This document shows positions 39,284 through 53,500 of a stretch of DNA of 64,000 bases, in pieces. Both the position numbers and the translations under genes were made by a program. Position 1 is the stretch's first letter. The number at the start of each line of letters is the position of its first letter. The notes under the pieces were generated by a model. The model made no database searches. It saw nothing but the letters and a program-made list of their open reading frames with translations, and was not told where the DNA came from. Source of the DNA: Lama glama (Eukaryota); assembly GCA_028534125.1 (NCBI GenBank), contig CM052816.1:95048001-95112000 (forward strand). The letters run 5' to 3'.

Positions 39284-40277
39284 TCATTCATCTTTATTCT
39301 ACTTGTCTACCCATCCTAGATTGAAGATGACAAGATGGACAAGACGTAGAAGCTGTGCTTGAGAATTTCACGGTCACGTGGGATGGCGGTCAGGAATACA
39401 CCCAAGTAGAACACGGGGCAGAAGACGAGGCCTGTCTCTAGGATTTTGCAAAGCAGTGCAGGGCAGGGACAGCGTGCTCCCACTGAGTTGTGGGTTTGGG
39501 AGAGCACGTGGCTTTATGAAGGAGCTGGCGTGCAGGCTGGGTTTGAGAACTGGACGTGACTTGAACAATTAGAGGTGGGAGGAGCACGGCATGGGAATGC
39601 AGAAACATTTCTCATGAAGAGAACAACCTGTGTGTTTCGAGGCACAGAGGCAGGAAGTCCCAGGCCACGTTCACCGCCTGGAAACCAGCCCAGTGTGAGC
39701 CAGACACAGAGGGCAGACAGATAAACAGTGAAGACAGTACAGGCAGGTTAGCTTCAGATTATGAGGCCTCGGGGAGGAAGTCTGCCTTAGTTAAGAAACT
39801 AGAAGCCGTTCCAAATGGCAAAACATCCTTCTTTCTTATGGGTGAGTTGCATTGCATTCCATATATATATGCTGCATCTTCTTTATGCATTCCTCAATTG
39901 ATGTGCCGTTAGGATGCTTCCATACTGTGGCATTTTAAAGAACGTTGCTGTTAATGGCAGGGTGTATGTATCTTTTTGAATTAATTCTTATTTGGGGTTG
40001 GCTTTTTTCCTTTGATAACTATCTAAGTTTAAAAAGTTAAAGCTTTAAACGTTCTTAGAAACAATGAACAGTACATAGATGTAAATCTTAAAAATAGATG
40101 CAGTTTATTGTGTATATGTATTTACATGCAATATACTGTATATGTGCAGTCAAACTGTAACAATTCCACCCAATAAAACTGAAAACTGAAAAATAAAATA
40201 GAATTAAAACTAACAAAAAGAAACTAGAAGCCATTAAAAAGTTTTTGAATAAATGAGTGACTTGATCATCGGTGGTC

Positions 40278-40683
40278 TGTATTCATTTCCTAGGGATTCC
40301 TTAGGAAGCACCACACAATACGCAGCTAAAACAACGGGAGTTTATTGTCTCACCCTTCTGGAGGCTGAAAGTCCAAGATCAGGGTGGCGGCAGGGTTGGT
40401 TTCTTCTGTGTCCTCCTTCCTGGGTCCCTCTCTGGCTTCAGACAGCCATCTTCTCTTAGGTTTCTTCACAAGGTCTTCCCTGCGTGCACATGTCTGTGCC
40501 CCAATCTCCTCTCGTCCTTACAAGGACAGCAGTCATATTGGATTATGGCCACCCTAATGGCTTCATTTTAACTTAACCACCTCTTTAAAGGCCTTATCTT
40601 CAAATACAATCACATTCAGAGATGCTCCGCGTTAGGACTTCAACATAGGAATGGGGGCGGCGGGCAGAGTTTAGCCCATAATG
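40278..40683 (-). mobile_element. MaLR LTR (MLT1A/B/C-like)
   Basis: tgtattcatttcctaggg...ttctggaggctgaaagtccaagatcagggtg...ggacttcaacatagga. TSD tggtc/tagtc. Confidence 0.88.
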
Positions 40684-42984
40684 TAGTCTACGCAATAAAT
40701 ACCCTCAGGGAGGATGGAGACAAACAGAGCAAGAAGGCAGTGGAGACTGGGAGGCCCCTGGAGGCCAGCACTATGGGTCCAGTGAGAAACAAAGAATGGA
40801 TAGAGGAGGATGGCCTGAGGAAGTTGTGTGAAGATGGGCACTTAGGACTTGGCACTGACAGATGTTGGTGAAGTGGGAAAGGAAGGAGCCACAGGTAACA
40901 CCGTGAAGCACCATGAAACTCCACGAGCCGGCTTGAAACTTGCGTGGACCTTTGCATATAATAGCTCATCAATAAATAGGCCGGGAAGAATGGAGCGGCG
41001 GGAGAGAAGATTTGAGCAGGGACTAGTGTTGGAGGCATTTTGCAACAGTGCTTTTATCTTGCGTGGCTTTTTAAAAAAATTCTGTGCCAGTTCAAAATAA
41101 TCAAACATAATAAGTAATAGTGGAACCTCAAAGGACTTTCCCTTCTGGGCTGGCTTTTTATATCATTGGACTGTCTCCCTGAGCCCTGGGCATGTACTTT
41201 GAGGACAACATCCAAGGAAACAACCCAGGGGAGAAATCCCAGTGGTCAAAGGTGAGGTCAGCTGCTAGAAAGAGAAGATGAAATGTACCAGAACGACAAC
41301 AAAACAGCTGCTTAGAGAGAGCAATTTGATGTAAGAAGGATGCACCTTGGACACTTCCAAGGAGATCTGGCTACTCAAGTTCCAGTCCTCTTCTCCCAAA
41401 GGGGAGATGACTGACTGAGATAACGTCTATAAAGTGCTGACCACCCCACCTGGTGCAGAGCAACTGCCCGGCACATGCTGGCTGTTCTCTCACACTGACA
41501 GCGTCCTGTCTGTTACGTGTCCCATTTTGAAGAGCCTCATCCATGAGTCACGTGGACCAGAGGGGTGCAGCTGTCCTTGGCGGATGCCCAGCAGGCCTTG
41601 CCTCCTCGCCTGCCATCAGAATCCCAACGATGCTGAGGGATTGGAAGGTCTTGCTCTTCTGTGGACCAGGCTGTCTCAAGTTCCAGGGAGAATCGTGACT
41701 GGTCTGAGCCAGTCACTGCCACTTTACTCCCCTTGTGGGTGACTGACTTAGGTTTGGAAAAAGGACTCAGTCATGACAAGTGCACTGGGAGGAGGAATCT
41801 GTGGGAAATATCTGGGAAATTATTTCCTGCTCTCACAGAGGGGTGGAGACGCTGTCACCTCGCGGCATGCTGATAGTCGTAGGATCCCTCTTTGAAAGCC
41901 AGCTTAAAAGGACAAGCCAAGCCCCCAAGAGTAGCAGAGAGGGAAGGTGGAATAAACTGAGTCATAGATGATTTTGAGCTGCTGTTTTAACCAGTCCTGG
42001 TACTGGGCTATTTCAGGACTTCTTTTTAAGGGTAAGAAATGACCTTACCCTGGTTAGCTGTCTGTCATTGCAGCCAAAAGTACCCTAACTAGCATAACTC
42101 CCTTTGGTCCCTGTGGGAGAAGATCGGCTCCTCTTCCTCTGGTGCGTCTCTGTCTTCTTCACCCAGACGAGGGGTGGAGTTAGGACGTCCTGTGCAGGGC
42201 TCTGTACACCAGCACTCCCCACCCCAGAGCAAGTTACACATCCCTGAAACAGCCGCCTCTTAGAAGAACCTGGGAAAACAAGTGCAATTTTCTGGGAGCC
42301 AAAGCTCACACATCTCATGCCAGCTCCCTCCCAAGCTGGCCCTTCTGTCTGGAGCGACTCATGTGGCTTTTCCCTGGACTCTTTCCAATGCTTTCGGCAT
42401 CCTGGTGCTCATGTTTCTAAACCTCAAAGCAAAATTCCAACTGTGGGCTCGTCAGCTCTCTCCAGACTATTTCCTTTGTGTTCGCCAGACTTCTTTTCCA
42501 ATGTGAGTCACAATGCTTTGCCCACGTTATCTGCTGATAAAGAGACAAGTCAGCCTCCCCGCCCCACCACCCTGGGCCGTCTGCCAGTCTTCCCAGATCT
42601 GGTCTCCCCGCTGGACCTGAAACAGGAGCAACCACGACAGTGCCTCACATTGCACCACAGAGTTCTCCATAGTTTACAAAGCATTTCAACAGGCCATCTA
42701 ATTCAGTCCTCGCAACAAGGTGTGAGATAAGTAGAGCAGACAAAACGACTCCTATTTTACAGAAGAAACACATTTAGACAGGATGACTTGCTGGGCCGAG
42801 GTCAAAGGGCAGGTATCTGGCACTAGCAGAAATCAAACCCCGAATTAGACAGTTGCTCTCCATCTAATTTGATTCTGTTTCACATGTTTTCACTCTGTCT
42901 TCCCTTTGTGCTCAGCGTTTGGGGCCTTGCCTGGGACAACTGTGAGGATGAGGACTGATGTTCCTGCCTCTGCTTAAAAGAAAT

Positions 42985-43163
42985 GGGGTGTGGGTGTAGC
43001 TCAGTGGTAGAGCACATGCTTAGCATGCATGAGGTCCTGGGTTCAATCCCCAGTCCCTCCATTAAAATAACTAACTAAATAAATAAATCTAATTACCGCC
43101 CCCAAGAAAAACAAAACAAAACAAAAAAGACCCCACAAACAAAATAATAAATTTAAAAAAAAA
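42985..43163 (+). mobile_element. tRNA-Ala-derived SINE (vic-1-like), the least diverged copy in the window
   Basis: gggtgtagctcagtggtagagcacatgcttagcatgcatgaggtcctgggttcaatccccagt with intact A and B boxes. TSD aaaagaaat. Confidence 0.92.
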
Positions 43164-43569
43164 GAAATAAATAAAGGGAGGTCAAATTAATGCCAAACAG
43201 CAGTACCTGGAACCAAGTTACCTCTCATTTTGTAATTTTTGTGTAAATTTAGTGTGGCTCCGGGAATTTAATATACCCGCCCTTTCTCCCACTAGGAGGA
43301 AGCCCTTTGGTTTTTTTTTTTTTTCTCTTGAACTCTGTATTGGGAAGTGAAAGCAGGGGGTGGAGGTTGTTCACTGTCTGTGAAGCTGACTGATACACGT
43401 GCTTAGCACGAGAGCTGCGGCAAACCAGGGCTGGAGAGGAGGGTCCTGCAGGAAGGGCAGCTCTCAATGGTGGAGCCAAGACTTACCTGATGAGCTGAAT
43501 TTAAAAAGCTAAAAATGTTAGCCATGCTTGCAGACGCTTACTGTGTTCCAGGTGTATCAGTTATTGACA

Positions 43570-44167
43570 AGTAACAAACCAAAGTGGGGTCCACTTGCCC
43601 ACACGCAGTAAAGCCAATCTACTGACCCCAGGTTATGATGAAGGAAAGTGCAGCATTCACTGCAGGTGCCAAGCAAGGCGTCCGGGCAGCTAGTGCTCAA
43701 GAGACCCAAACTCCCCAGTGGCTTCCAGAGTAAGGTTTTTAAAGACAAGTTGAGGGAGGGGGTTGTGGGGTGTGTGATCAGCTCGTGGATTCTTCTGATT
43801 GGTTGGTGATGAGGTCAGTGGGAGGCAGTATCATCAGACTTCTGGGTCTAGCAGCGCACAGTTCACTTATCCCACCTGGTGGGGGTCTGCAAAACAGCTC
43901 AAAGCATGTGGCTCAGAGCATTATCTCTAGCTCTTACGGAGGAACTAAAGGCCCTTGACGTGGCTTAATGGCTGAACTGTTATTATTTTGTCTTGCTTGA
44001 CTATCTTTTCTTTTCTGCATTTTCTCACTTCTCTAATCAAATTTATTCTTTGAAACTTGAGGAGGCCTAGGAGGCTAAAGTTTTTCTACAGACAGGAAGC
44101 AAGTGGAGGACATGACAGCGTGGGGAGTGTCCAACCCAGGAAGGTCCCATTGGGTCCTGCAGTTACA
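43570..44167 (-). mobile_element. ERV1-type solo LTR inserted in an older MaLR
   Basis: Ends (a)gtaac...gttaca. Internal gccaagcaagg..gggcagctagtgctcaagagacccaaactcccc is typical of MER34/MER39-like LTRs. MLT-like sequence resumes at 44168. Confidence 0.7.
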
Positions 44168-46539
44168 GAAATGCCCCCAAATCTTGTGCCTTAAAACTAC
44201 AATCATATGTCATTTCTGATTTAGCTGGGCCGAGCTTGAGTGTCCTTGGTTTGCCACACTCATGTGCCTTCAAGTAGCAGGCAGGGTGCCTGAGGTGGGC
44301 TGGTCTAGGATGGCCTTGGGCTGGGACAACTTGGCTGTACCACATATGGCCTTTCATCCTCAAACGCGCTAGCCTAGCCACGTTCTCAAAGCAAAACAGA
44401 GACGTGTGAGAGGGATCAGAAGTGCGTGGGGCTTCTAGAGGCCCGAGCGCAGCCCTGCCACCTGGCCTCACCCACGCATTCTTTACACCAGCGACGGCCA
44501 CAAGGTTCTGTGTCACCTTTGGATAAGCAGAACTGAAAAGTCACACGGCAAGAGGCTTGGAAGAGGGAGGGGTGAAGAACGGAGATCCTTACATGGGTTG
44601 AATTTTGAGGGCTGGGAGAAATCTGTTTGTAAGATTGCCTTAATCCTACAACTAATTACAGGTCGGTCCTAAGACCCATGAATGCACACTGGGCGGCATC
44701 AATAGAAAAGCGCCCGCTGAGACATCTGTGGCGATGACCAGGTCAAGGGGGTATTTCTGCATGAGTGAGGGTAGCAATCCCTACACTTAAAAAAATGAAG
44801 ACTAAACCAAGGACAATGGCTCCGGTCAAGGTCAGGGCTATTAGCACCTCGGGGCGCAATGCTATCTGGGGGGTCTGGAACGGTGATCATATCCGGATGC
44901 AGATCACGCTCGCCTGGGGAGGGAGCTTTACACACATTGTTGTGTGTCATCCTTACACCTACAAGTACACCTCAGAACATTCTGAGATGTGTTATTGAGT
45001 TTTATTCAGGACACTTTTGAGAACCCCGATGCAGAGGGCAGACGGCAGGTTCATCTGAGCTGTTCTGCTCGAGAACGCCTCTTCTACTGAAGCAAAGGAG
45101 AACAGGATCTCTCTTCCACATGTTCTGTTACACAAAAAGCATCATTATTTCCAACCAGCCCCCTCAGAACTACAGAGTATTTTGAAGCTTGACATTCTTC
45201 TATTTAAAACTAAAACGAACTGTTGGGAAAATTCAGCATCTGAACTATGTTATTCTGAATATATTTCTGTAATTATCTGAATACCAATAGTCACATTTTT
45301 TATGGACTAGTGGCAAGCCAGCTTGATCTCACACCTACCAACAGTAAACAAGTGGGACAAACAGACACCTCTCTGTGAATCCAGTGATGTCAGTGCCATT
45401 GTTCCATTATAAAGAGTTTTTTTTTTAAAATAAAAATGGCTATCTTTAGAACAACTGTTGCTCCAGGAATCAGCCTGGAGATCCTGCTAAAAATTGAAAA
45501 AATATAGAATTCATAAACTTGTAAAATTCCAGCGTAGTCCCCTCCCCCAGGCAGGCAGCACTGACAGCCGTGCTCAGACGAACACGCGATTCCAGTTAAG
45601 AAAAGGGATATGACTGAGGCTTTGTTTGGTCAGGGCTGGGGTTCCACTCGCTGGGAGCAGCGTGAGCCGGAAAAGGAAGCCAAGGACGACCGCGGAGCAG
45701 GTGCGCCGTCAACACTGCCACTGTTCATTCCTCTTTGCTTCATTCATCGGTTACCAGACACTTTGCGCACCTACTTAGGAACGCATCACCTTGGAAGTAA
45801 AAATCTCCCTCTAACCCTGAGATGGTTCTGAGAGGTTACGGTTGGGGTGGCGAGGTAGGGGTGGGTGGCAGGGACAAAAGGCGGGGTCCCAGCAGCCACG
45901 GGTTTCGTGATCACAGCACTAATGTCCACGCTTTGTGGCCTTCCGTGGCCCCACCACTCACCTGGGACATTTTTGCGTCTCTGCTTAGACAGGCCCTGAG
46001 GTTCTTCTATAGCTCCTCCCAGGGGCCGTGGGTGATCCCCTGTCACCTTCCAAGGGTTCTCGTGCACCCACCCCCCACCACCTCCCAGCAGAGCCCACAA
46101 TGGCCCCTGAGGTCAAGGAAGCATCCAGGACCAGCCTGAGCCAGCTTGGTTGAGCGTGAAGTCCACGCCCTGCCTTGGGCAAATCTCTGCTTGCTGGGTT
46201 CCAGTTTCCCCCCTGGGAAAGGGCAAGGGGCTGGATGGATGGATGGAGGGATGGACCCCCTCCTCCAGCCTTGCTTGAGGAGTCTGAGCAGGCAGCCTTC
46301 TCCTGGGTCCAGCAACGTCAGGGCGTGCAGTGCAAGGAGACCTAAGGTCCCTGCAGAAGTGGATTCCCCTGCTGGCCTGGGAAAGCAGCATTGCTATGGT
46401 TACATCTGAAATACAAAACTGGTGGAGGAGAGAGCCATAGAAACTGGCAGATCCACTGAAGAGCTGCTTCTGGCCCTTGAGAGATGGACTAGAGATACGA
46501 CTGAGGGTCTGGGACTTCCGCCTGCCTTTGATTCTGCCT

Positions 46540-46710
46540 CTGACACTTGCTGGCTGTGAGATTTTGGACAAGTTACTTCATGTCTTAGAACCTCAGTCAC
46601 CCCACCCATGAAATAGGAATAGGAGTGACCTATCCCAGTGGATCCTCGTGAGGTTTAAGGTATCTCTAATGCACAAGGATCGTAGACAAATGCAGACAAA
46701 TCATAAGAGC
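46540..46710 (+). mobile_element. MIR SINE
   Basis: tgctggctgtgagattttggacaagttacttca...cctcagt...tgaaataggaat...gtgaggtttaa. Confidence 0.7.
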
Positions 46711-47333
46711 TTGTAAGGGCTGCTGCAGCTCAGCTCCAAGATGCAAAAAGGAGGCTGGGGCTCCGGCCAGCACCTCTCACTCTGCGTGGTGACTCAGATC
46801 TCCACCCCAAATGGCCTACGCAGCAGCAACAGAGGTCAGACAAAAGCCAAGAGCTGCATGAAGGTTCAGGCGCCTGAGGTCAATCTGAGTTTTCAGTGGT
46901 AGGAAGAGGAGGAGGCCCCACAGGAGGAGCCAAGAGAAGCGGAGGTTCTGACACATGGCCAGACCAGGCACCCCTCTGCTGCCCGGAGGACAGGCGGCAT
47001 CAGATCTTGTCCTCCCTCATTCCCGGCCATCCTCCCAGCCGGCACGTCTTCTCCTGTTTAGAGGTCCCTGAATGTTCAGTTTAACGGGCAGGAAGGAGCA
47101 GAGGACAGAAGGGGGAGGATGTGACAGGGGTTTCCCCCAGTCTCATATTCTAGAGAATCATTCTTCAAGGCCATGTCTGGCTCTGAGCAGCCCGTCTGCA
47201 TGGCTAATGAATGCCCAACCAGTTCTGACGGGCCCAAGTGGGAGGGAAAGAGAGTGAGAAGGAAAGAGACACTGTGCAGGAGGTCAGGGGCTGCCCACTC
47301 ACACACACAGAGGCTCATACACGGGTGCACGTG

Positions 47334-47810
47334 TGTGATGGGGAGGAACAAACTGGACTCCGTACTGGATCTGTTTCTTTACTTTCCCCTTTGTATTCTA
47401 GTGCCTGTACATCTCTAAAAAGATGTTGCCTTTAAGCCTAAATTATACATAATAACCCATCTCTGGGAACCCTGCCTCCCAGGTAAGGAGCATTAAGCTA
47501 AAATACATTTGTTTAGCTCGTAGGAAACATCCTGACCAGGCCCACATGTGAATGACGGAAGGGAGACATTAACACATCCCCTCTGGGGACTGACTGGAAC
47601 CAGGAAATGTTTGACTTTACTCCCTCCCCTTCTAGTGTAAAAGAAGCCTGAACTCTAACTCAGGCAAGGTAGTCCTTTGGAACACTCGTCCACCATCTTC
47701 TTGGTCTGCTGGTTTTCCAAATAAAGTCGTTATTCCTTGCCCCGGCAACTTGTCTCTCGATTTATTGGCCTGTCCTGTGGTGAGCAGTATGAGCTTGGAC
47801 TTGGTTAACA
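47334..47810 (+). mobile_element. ERV1-type solo LTR
   Basis: TG...CA termini (tgtgatgggg...ggttaaca), TSD cgtg on both sides, TATA-like tgtaaaag at ~47636 and aataaa at ~47720. Confidence 0.85.
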
Positions 47811-48496
47811 CGTGTGCACACACACGCACACACACACACAGAGGTGTGCACACACACAACGTCCGCTGGGCGGCGGCATGGGCAGCGGCAGGAGGCATGT
47901 CCATCTCATCTGTTGGTGACGCCCCAAACCAGGTTCCCTCAATAGTGACTCTTTGTCTTCTAGGACTTGCGCCCCTGAGATTTGACAGCCACAGAAACGG
48001 GAGAGCTGTAAGCATGCAACAGAAGGCCCCAGGGAGCAGAGGGAGGCCATGCTCCATAGGGCTTGCCAATGTCCGTGGTGTAAGTACTCCGTGGAGACCA
48101 GTTTCAAGCACCGATGTCACATCACTAGACGCGTGGTCGGGAAGAGACGTCTAGGATCAGCTGCAGCGAGCTCAGGCGCTCACGTGCCAGGGAATCGCAG
48201 GTCTTGTGAACACAGGAATGGCTTCCCAGTTACAAGGCGATGATACCAAACCCGAGCAGGAAACAGCACTGCAACGCTAGCCGAGATACTGGCCAGAGTT
48301 TATTTGTTCAACTGACAGTATGTACTCAAGTAAACTAAAACCAAGGAGAAATTGTAGGGGAAAAAGAAACTTTCTACTGACTTTTGCCAAAATGTATAGT
48401 GAATGTAGGCAGAATTTTTTTTTTCTGTCCAGGAATTGGCAGAATAAATATTACTGAGTAAGCTCAGGGAGACATCACCTCTTAGGAAATTTTTGT

Positions 48497-48596
48497 NNNN
48501 NNNNNNNNNNNNNNNNNNNNNNNNNNNNNNNNNNNNNNNNNNNNNNNNNNNNNNNNNNNNNNNNNNNNNNNNNNNNNNNNNNNNNNNNNNNNNNNN
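48497..48596. other. Assembly gap, 100 N
   Basis: Run of exactly 100 N, the usual convention for an unknown-size gap. Confidence 0.99.
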
Positions 48597-50430
48597 TTCA
48601 GTTACAGTCCATTTGAAAAATTACTCGCTGGAATAGGGAAGAGAAAACACATTTTTGTATTTACCCAAAAGCAATGGAGCCTCAAACAGTAAGTTAAGAT
48701 TATAATGTTCTTGAGGGAGGCAAAATCCTCCATTCCGATATAAACTATACAACTGGTTATCTCTATACCATTAAGGAAGTGTCCCAGCGGAATGAGCTAA
48801 ATATACTCCAGGTAGCCAAGATCCCTTACAGAAGAACATTTCAAACAAAGGCAAAGGAAAGATAAAAACAGGACCCCACCACCACCACGGGCAGAAATCC
48901 CAAGTGGAAATCTATAAACCTGTTGGAAGTGTGTGTTTACTATCTCATCCGTCAGGAGTTTATTAATGACACTGCTGGACTATCAGAGTCTGGATTTATG
49001 AGGCACAAACTTCAGGACTGATGCCTGGACACCAGGACCCAGAAAGGTGAACTTCCAGCCACTGTCCCACCGTGGGAGTCGGGAGGAGTCAGGACAAAAC
49101 CCAAGTCCAAGGTAAGTTAGGTCAGGACGGCACTGGAATGCCACCTTACCAAAGCATTCTTCCCAGAGCATTCCTTTAAAAAGAATTTCTCCTTCATGAA
49201 TTTGAAAGATACAAGCATTCTATTTTGTGCACTTTTCTGGCAACTCGTACATCAAAAGAACTAAGGTGAATCTACCTTTCCAGGTTAATGGAGGAGATAG
49301 AACAGGGAAAGATAAAGCCTCGTGGTCCTCAGAAGGCTGAGGCATGAGCATCCTGGGGTCCTCGAGTTGATCCCTTCTTCCACCATTTTAGAGCTGTGCA
49401 ATCCCTGGTAAGTAACTTAACCTCTCTGAATCTCAGCTGTCTTCATTTGAAAAATAGAGTTAAGTATCATCATATATCATAGCATCACTGTTGAAAGTAG
49501 TCGATGAAATATGCCAGGCACATGATGAAGGCTCAGTGGTCGTCAGCGATCATTTCCACATTTCATTGATCCTACGATGCACATTTTAACATTTCTTCAG
49601 TGCATCCTAGCCTACAGCATCCTAGCATTGTGTCAAATTTTAATAGCACATCTTACAATCAGCTGAGTCCTGGTTTGATGAAATACAGTGTTGTAATTAT
49701 CAGTACTATTATTACCAAAGAGATCTGGCTATAAAATTATAATGAGACTGCTTTTACAAGCTGTGGACAATAAGCAGCCTTATTATTTTATAATACCATG
49801 GCATGGATTTCCCCAGTGGAAGACTCTCCCGGGGGCCTCTGTGCAGGGGCTAAGGTGGATGAATGCTGCCTTCTAGCAGTAAGTGACTTCCTAGATCTGT
49901 TTTGCCTTAAGCAGCTCAAGATCTGAAAATCTGGGTTTCTATTTTAAAAATTAATTAAGAAGTAATCTTTTAAAATAGAAACCTTCACAAAAGCATCCAC
50001 TTAGAGTAGTGTTTCTCAACCTTTTTTTCATCATCACCCCCCACTCCCCCAAAAAAGTCTTTTCAGACACTTTTGTCCTAATCACTCCTCAATGAAATTT
50101 TAATATTAAAGACATACTGTATATCTACTTATGTATTATATGTATATATCTGTGCTTTGTACATAAAAGCTGTATAAATGATGTATACGGAGTGTGATGT
50201 TTTACCCCACTGAGGGCAGTACCACCCCCTTTAAGAGAGCATGTTTTAGGGCTGGATCTTAGAGGGCCTTTGAAATACTACATGGCAGGAAATTTTTATT
50301 CATGCTCAAATTTTTCCATGACACATCAACTTTGGAAAGGAGGAAACACAAATAGCCTGTTTCATAAAAAGTCCACAGCAGGGTGTCCACTCCGTGTTCA
50401 TTACAGGCCAGTGTTTCTCTAGTTGGATTT

Positions 50431-50432
50431 GA

Positions 50433-50465
<33 letters not shown>

Positions 50466-50598
50466 AGAGGGGAGGGATCAGGTTCTTTGTTTGTTTGTTT
50501 GTTTGTTTGTTTATATTTAATGGAGGTTCCAGGGATTGAACCCAGGACCCTGTGCACGTTAAGCACGTGCTCTTCCACTGAGCTATACCTTGTTCCCC
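50431..50598 (-). mobile_element. tRNA-Ala-derived SINE (vic-1-like) with (GT)n and (TTTG)n tail
   Basis: ggattgaacccaggaccctgtgcacgttaagcacgtgctcttccactgagctatacc. Imperfect TSD tctagttggatt/tctggttagatt. Confidence 0.88.
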
Positions 50599-53500
50599 TC
50601 TGGTTAGATTGTAGACCATGCTACCCAAGCAACACACCAGGAAGGTGGGACATGTCTGAGCCAGATTTGACTTTGTAATTGAAGAAAACTTGCCTCAAAG
50701 CTAAGCAGACTTCTTTGTAATGTGCATAAGTGTTCATCCTGTGAAAAGTAGGCATAGATAGTAAGTCGTTCATTTGAATAATGGTTATTGACTATTTCTA
50801 CAACAGCTCCCTGATATTTTTTCTTATTTCACGTTGTTAATGTAGCTGAAATCAGTATCCTGGTCAACAAGTTTCCTAAATATTCTCTACCGTTCAGCCC
50901 CAAGGTCAGGATTCTCCGCATCTCTAGTCCCACTGGCCACAGCCAGGCTGAAGTTTCCTGGACCCCAAAGGAAGGAATCCTGAAGCAGCACAAACAACTC
51001 TTCCCACTTCCTACTTCTGGCTTCCTGCTTCCAATTTTGGCCAAAAGTCCAAAGCAACGGGAATGATGGTCTCCTGTCGCCTCTGCCTCACTGTACATGG
51101 AGGAACCTAGGCAGAGACTTGGTCCAGAAGATGGACAGGAGGGACACAGGAAATGAGCTCTGCAGAGCTGGAAATCTTTGCACAGAAGGAGGGAAGAACA
51201 CAGGCTAAAGGAAGGGGAGGAGTGACGGAGCGAAGCCCCAGCTTCTGTGAAGGCAGCAAAGGGAAGGAGCCAGTGGGGAAAGCCGGGAAGGAGGGGCCCC
51301 CTCACAGGGCAGAACTCCAAGGAGCGGTGGACCTTGGGCCTGCGGCTGCAGCTGGGGGAACCTGGATGCCTCCGCCCGTGCTTGGGCCCCGTGGTCGGCA
51401 GCCTGGAAGTAGGTACACAAGGTAACCTGACCCGCATCCGGTGGCTGCTCCGGGGCAGCCTGGGCAGGTGCCCTGAGGATTGCTCTGCCCAGAGCAGGAT
51501 TTCAGGGTGACCTGGAGACCGGGCTCAGAGCAGCACCAGACCTCGGCCCCCTGTCCAGGAAACAGGCATATTAGTCGGCTCATGTCTGAAGTAGCCTTTA
51601 AAGAGACGACAGCCTTCCACTCCACAATATGAGATTAATTGCCTAAAATGTTTTTAAAAAAAAAAGGGGGGGGGAGGAAAGGAAGAAGGGAGAAAGAGGA
51701 AGAAAGAACCAGCCTGTGAGAATTTTCACTTTAGTTGAAGCTCGAGTAGGGGGTCTGGGACATTCAGCACAGCTGGCAGCTCTGTCTGTCTGAAAAGCCT
51801 CAGGAGAACAAGGGGCCTGGTAAGAGCCTTCGCTTCTTCACCAGATTTGAGGGCCTTCTGCCAGCCTTGGAAAGACAGTGTATATTCTGATATGAATCCC
51901 ACCACTGGCTGCCTCGTCCAAGCCTCGCCGACATAGGCAGGGCCGGGGCTAGCCTCACGGCTCCTCTTTCCTTGTGTGATGAGCTGCAGGGCCCCTGACC
52001 TACAGCTCGCCTGGCCACGCTCAAGGTCCTCAGGGATAAGAACTGTTGAGGCTACAGAAAAACACACCATGTTGATTTCTGGATAGCGGGTCCCAGGCCT
52101 GGTACCCCTGACCCTGATTGCCCATCTAACCATAAATAAATGATAGCCACTCTTCTCTTGTTTTGGTCAGTGGAGAGAATCCAAGATGACGTGGCCTAAA
52201 GGTGGACGGGGGCAGGCTGAGGAGATGAAAGGGCAGGGGAACAGGAAACAAAGGCCGACCCACATTTGCTCTGGGGCTCTGCTGTGCTTCCGCCCACTCT
52301 CACCAAACAAAGGTGGCTTCAGAGAGATCGTGCCATATCCCACGTCCAGAGTCGTGCCTGGCTCAGCAAAGACATCGGCACTTGTAGTTGTAAGTTGGTT
52401 GATTGCATATTTACTAATTTTAATTCCAGCACTTGAGTAAATTCAAAACTCATTTTGCAGAACCTCCCCTGGCAAATGATGGAGAATGAGACAGGTGAGC
52501 GGGTGCTGACCTCAGCCGTGTCAGGAGGACATAGCTCTGCTAAGAAAGCACGATTAGAAGCTGGAAGGTTTAGCTCTGGAGGAACCTGGGAGAAGGAGAC
52601 AAACACACAAACACACACAGACACACATGCATACACACACCCACACTCATACACACACACACCTCATTAGACTGTTTTATTTCCATCATTGCAGTTATCA
52701 CAACCCGAATATACTTCATGGATTTACGTGTTTGGCACCAGGCGTACGTCCCTGAGAGCAGGAACTTTGTCTTGTTCAACTCCAGGGTCCCCAGGATCCA
52801 GAACAATGCTTGGAGCCGGAGCCCATCACTGTTTGCAAGGGAAGGAGGGAGCGAGGGAGGGCCAAGAGGAGGCATTTGTCCCATAGCAGATGCTGAGCCA
52901 ACCCGGCGGGAATGGCCCCACACAGTCTGCTGATGTCAATTTCCTCCGTGGTCAATAAGCCAAGTATGAAACCGTGGACCGGGACAGTGACCATCTCTTG
53001 AATTCTAAAGTGACCTATGGGGCAGCTACATAAACTAAAGTAAGAGGATGAGACGGAGAGAAGGAAAGTCCTTGCTGGTTACAGGTACACGGAGGGGAGG
53101 GGAAGGAACCAGCACGCTGACGGGCAGACCCAGCTGCTGGCCTGCTCGCTGCGAGCAGCCTGCGTAAGGGAGAGTGTGGGGCTGGCACCGCCCTGTGAGC
53201 GGGAAACCCCAGGCAGGGGCCCAGCAGCAGGGCCCTCGCACTGCCTGGAACACTGGGCTCACATGCCTCAGTGTGTAGCTTTGCCCTGGGCTAGACAGTG
53301 GAAGTATGTCCTTCAGGTTGACATACACACTGAGTTCTGGCCTGCAATGTATGCTTAGCCTCTGTTCTGACATACTTATGTGGAAGGAACAGAAACTGCA
53401 TGATCCGTCTTGATGGAATACCAAGCACACGTAACTGGGAGATTTTTGTTCACTCTGAGCAAATAAGCCAGCACGTTTAGAGCAGGCTTGTGTACAATTC

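Noticed and set aside
42985..43062. tRNA-Ala(AGC) gene
   Set aside because: Followed by the SINE tail and flanked by a TSD, with an imperfect acceptor stem and seven related copies in the window. It is a SINE, not a tRNA gene.
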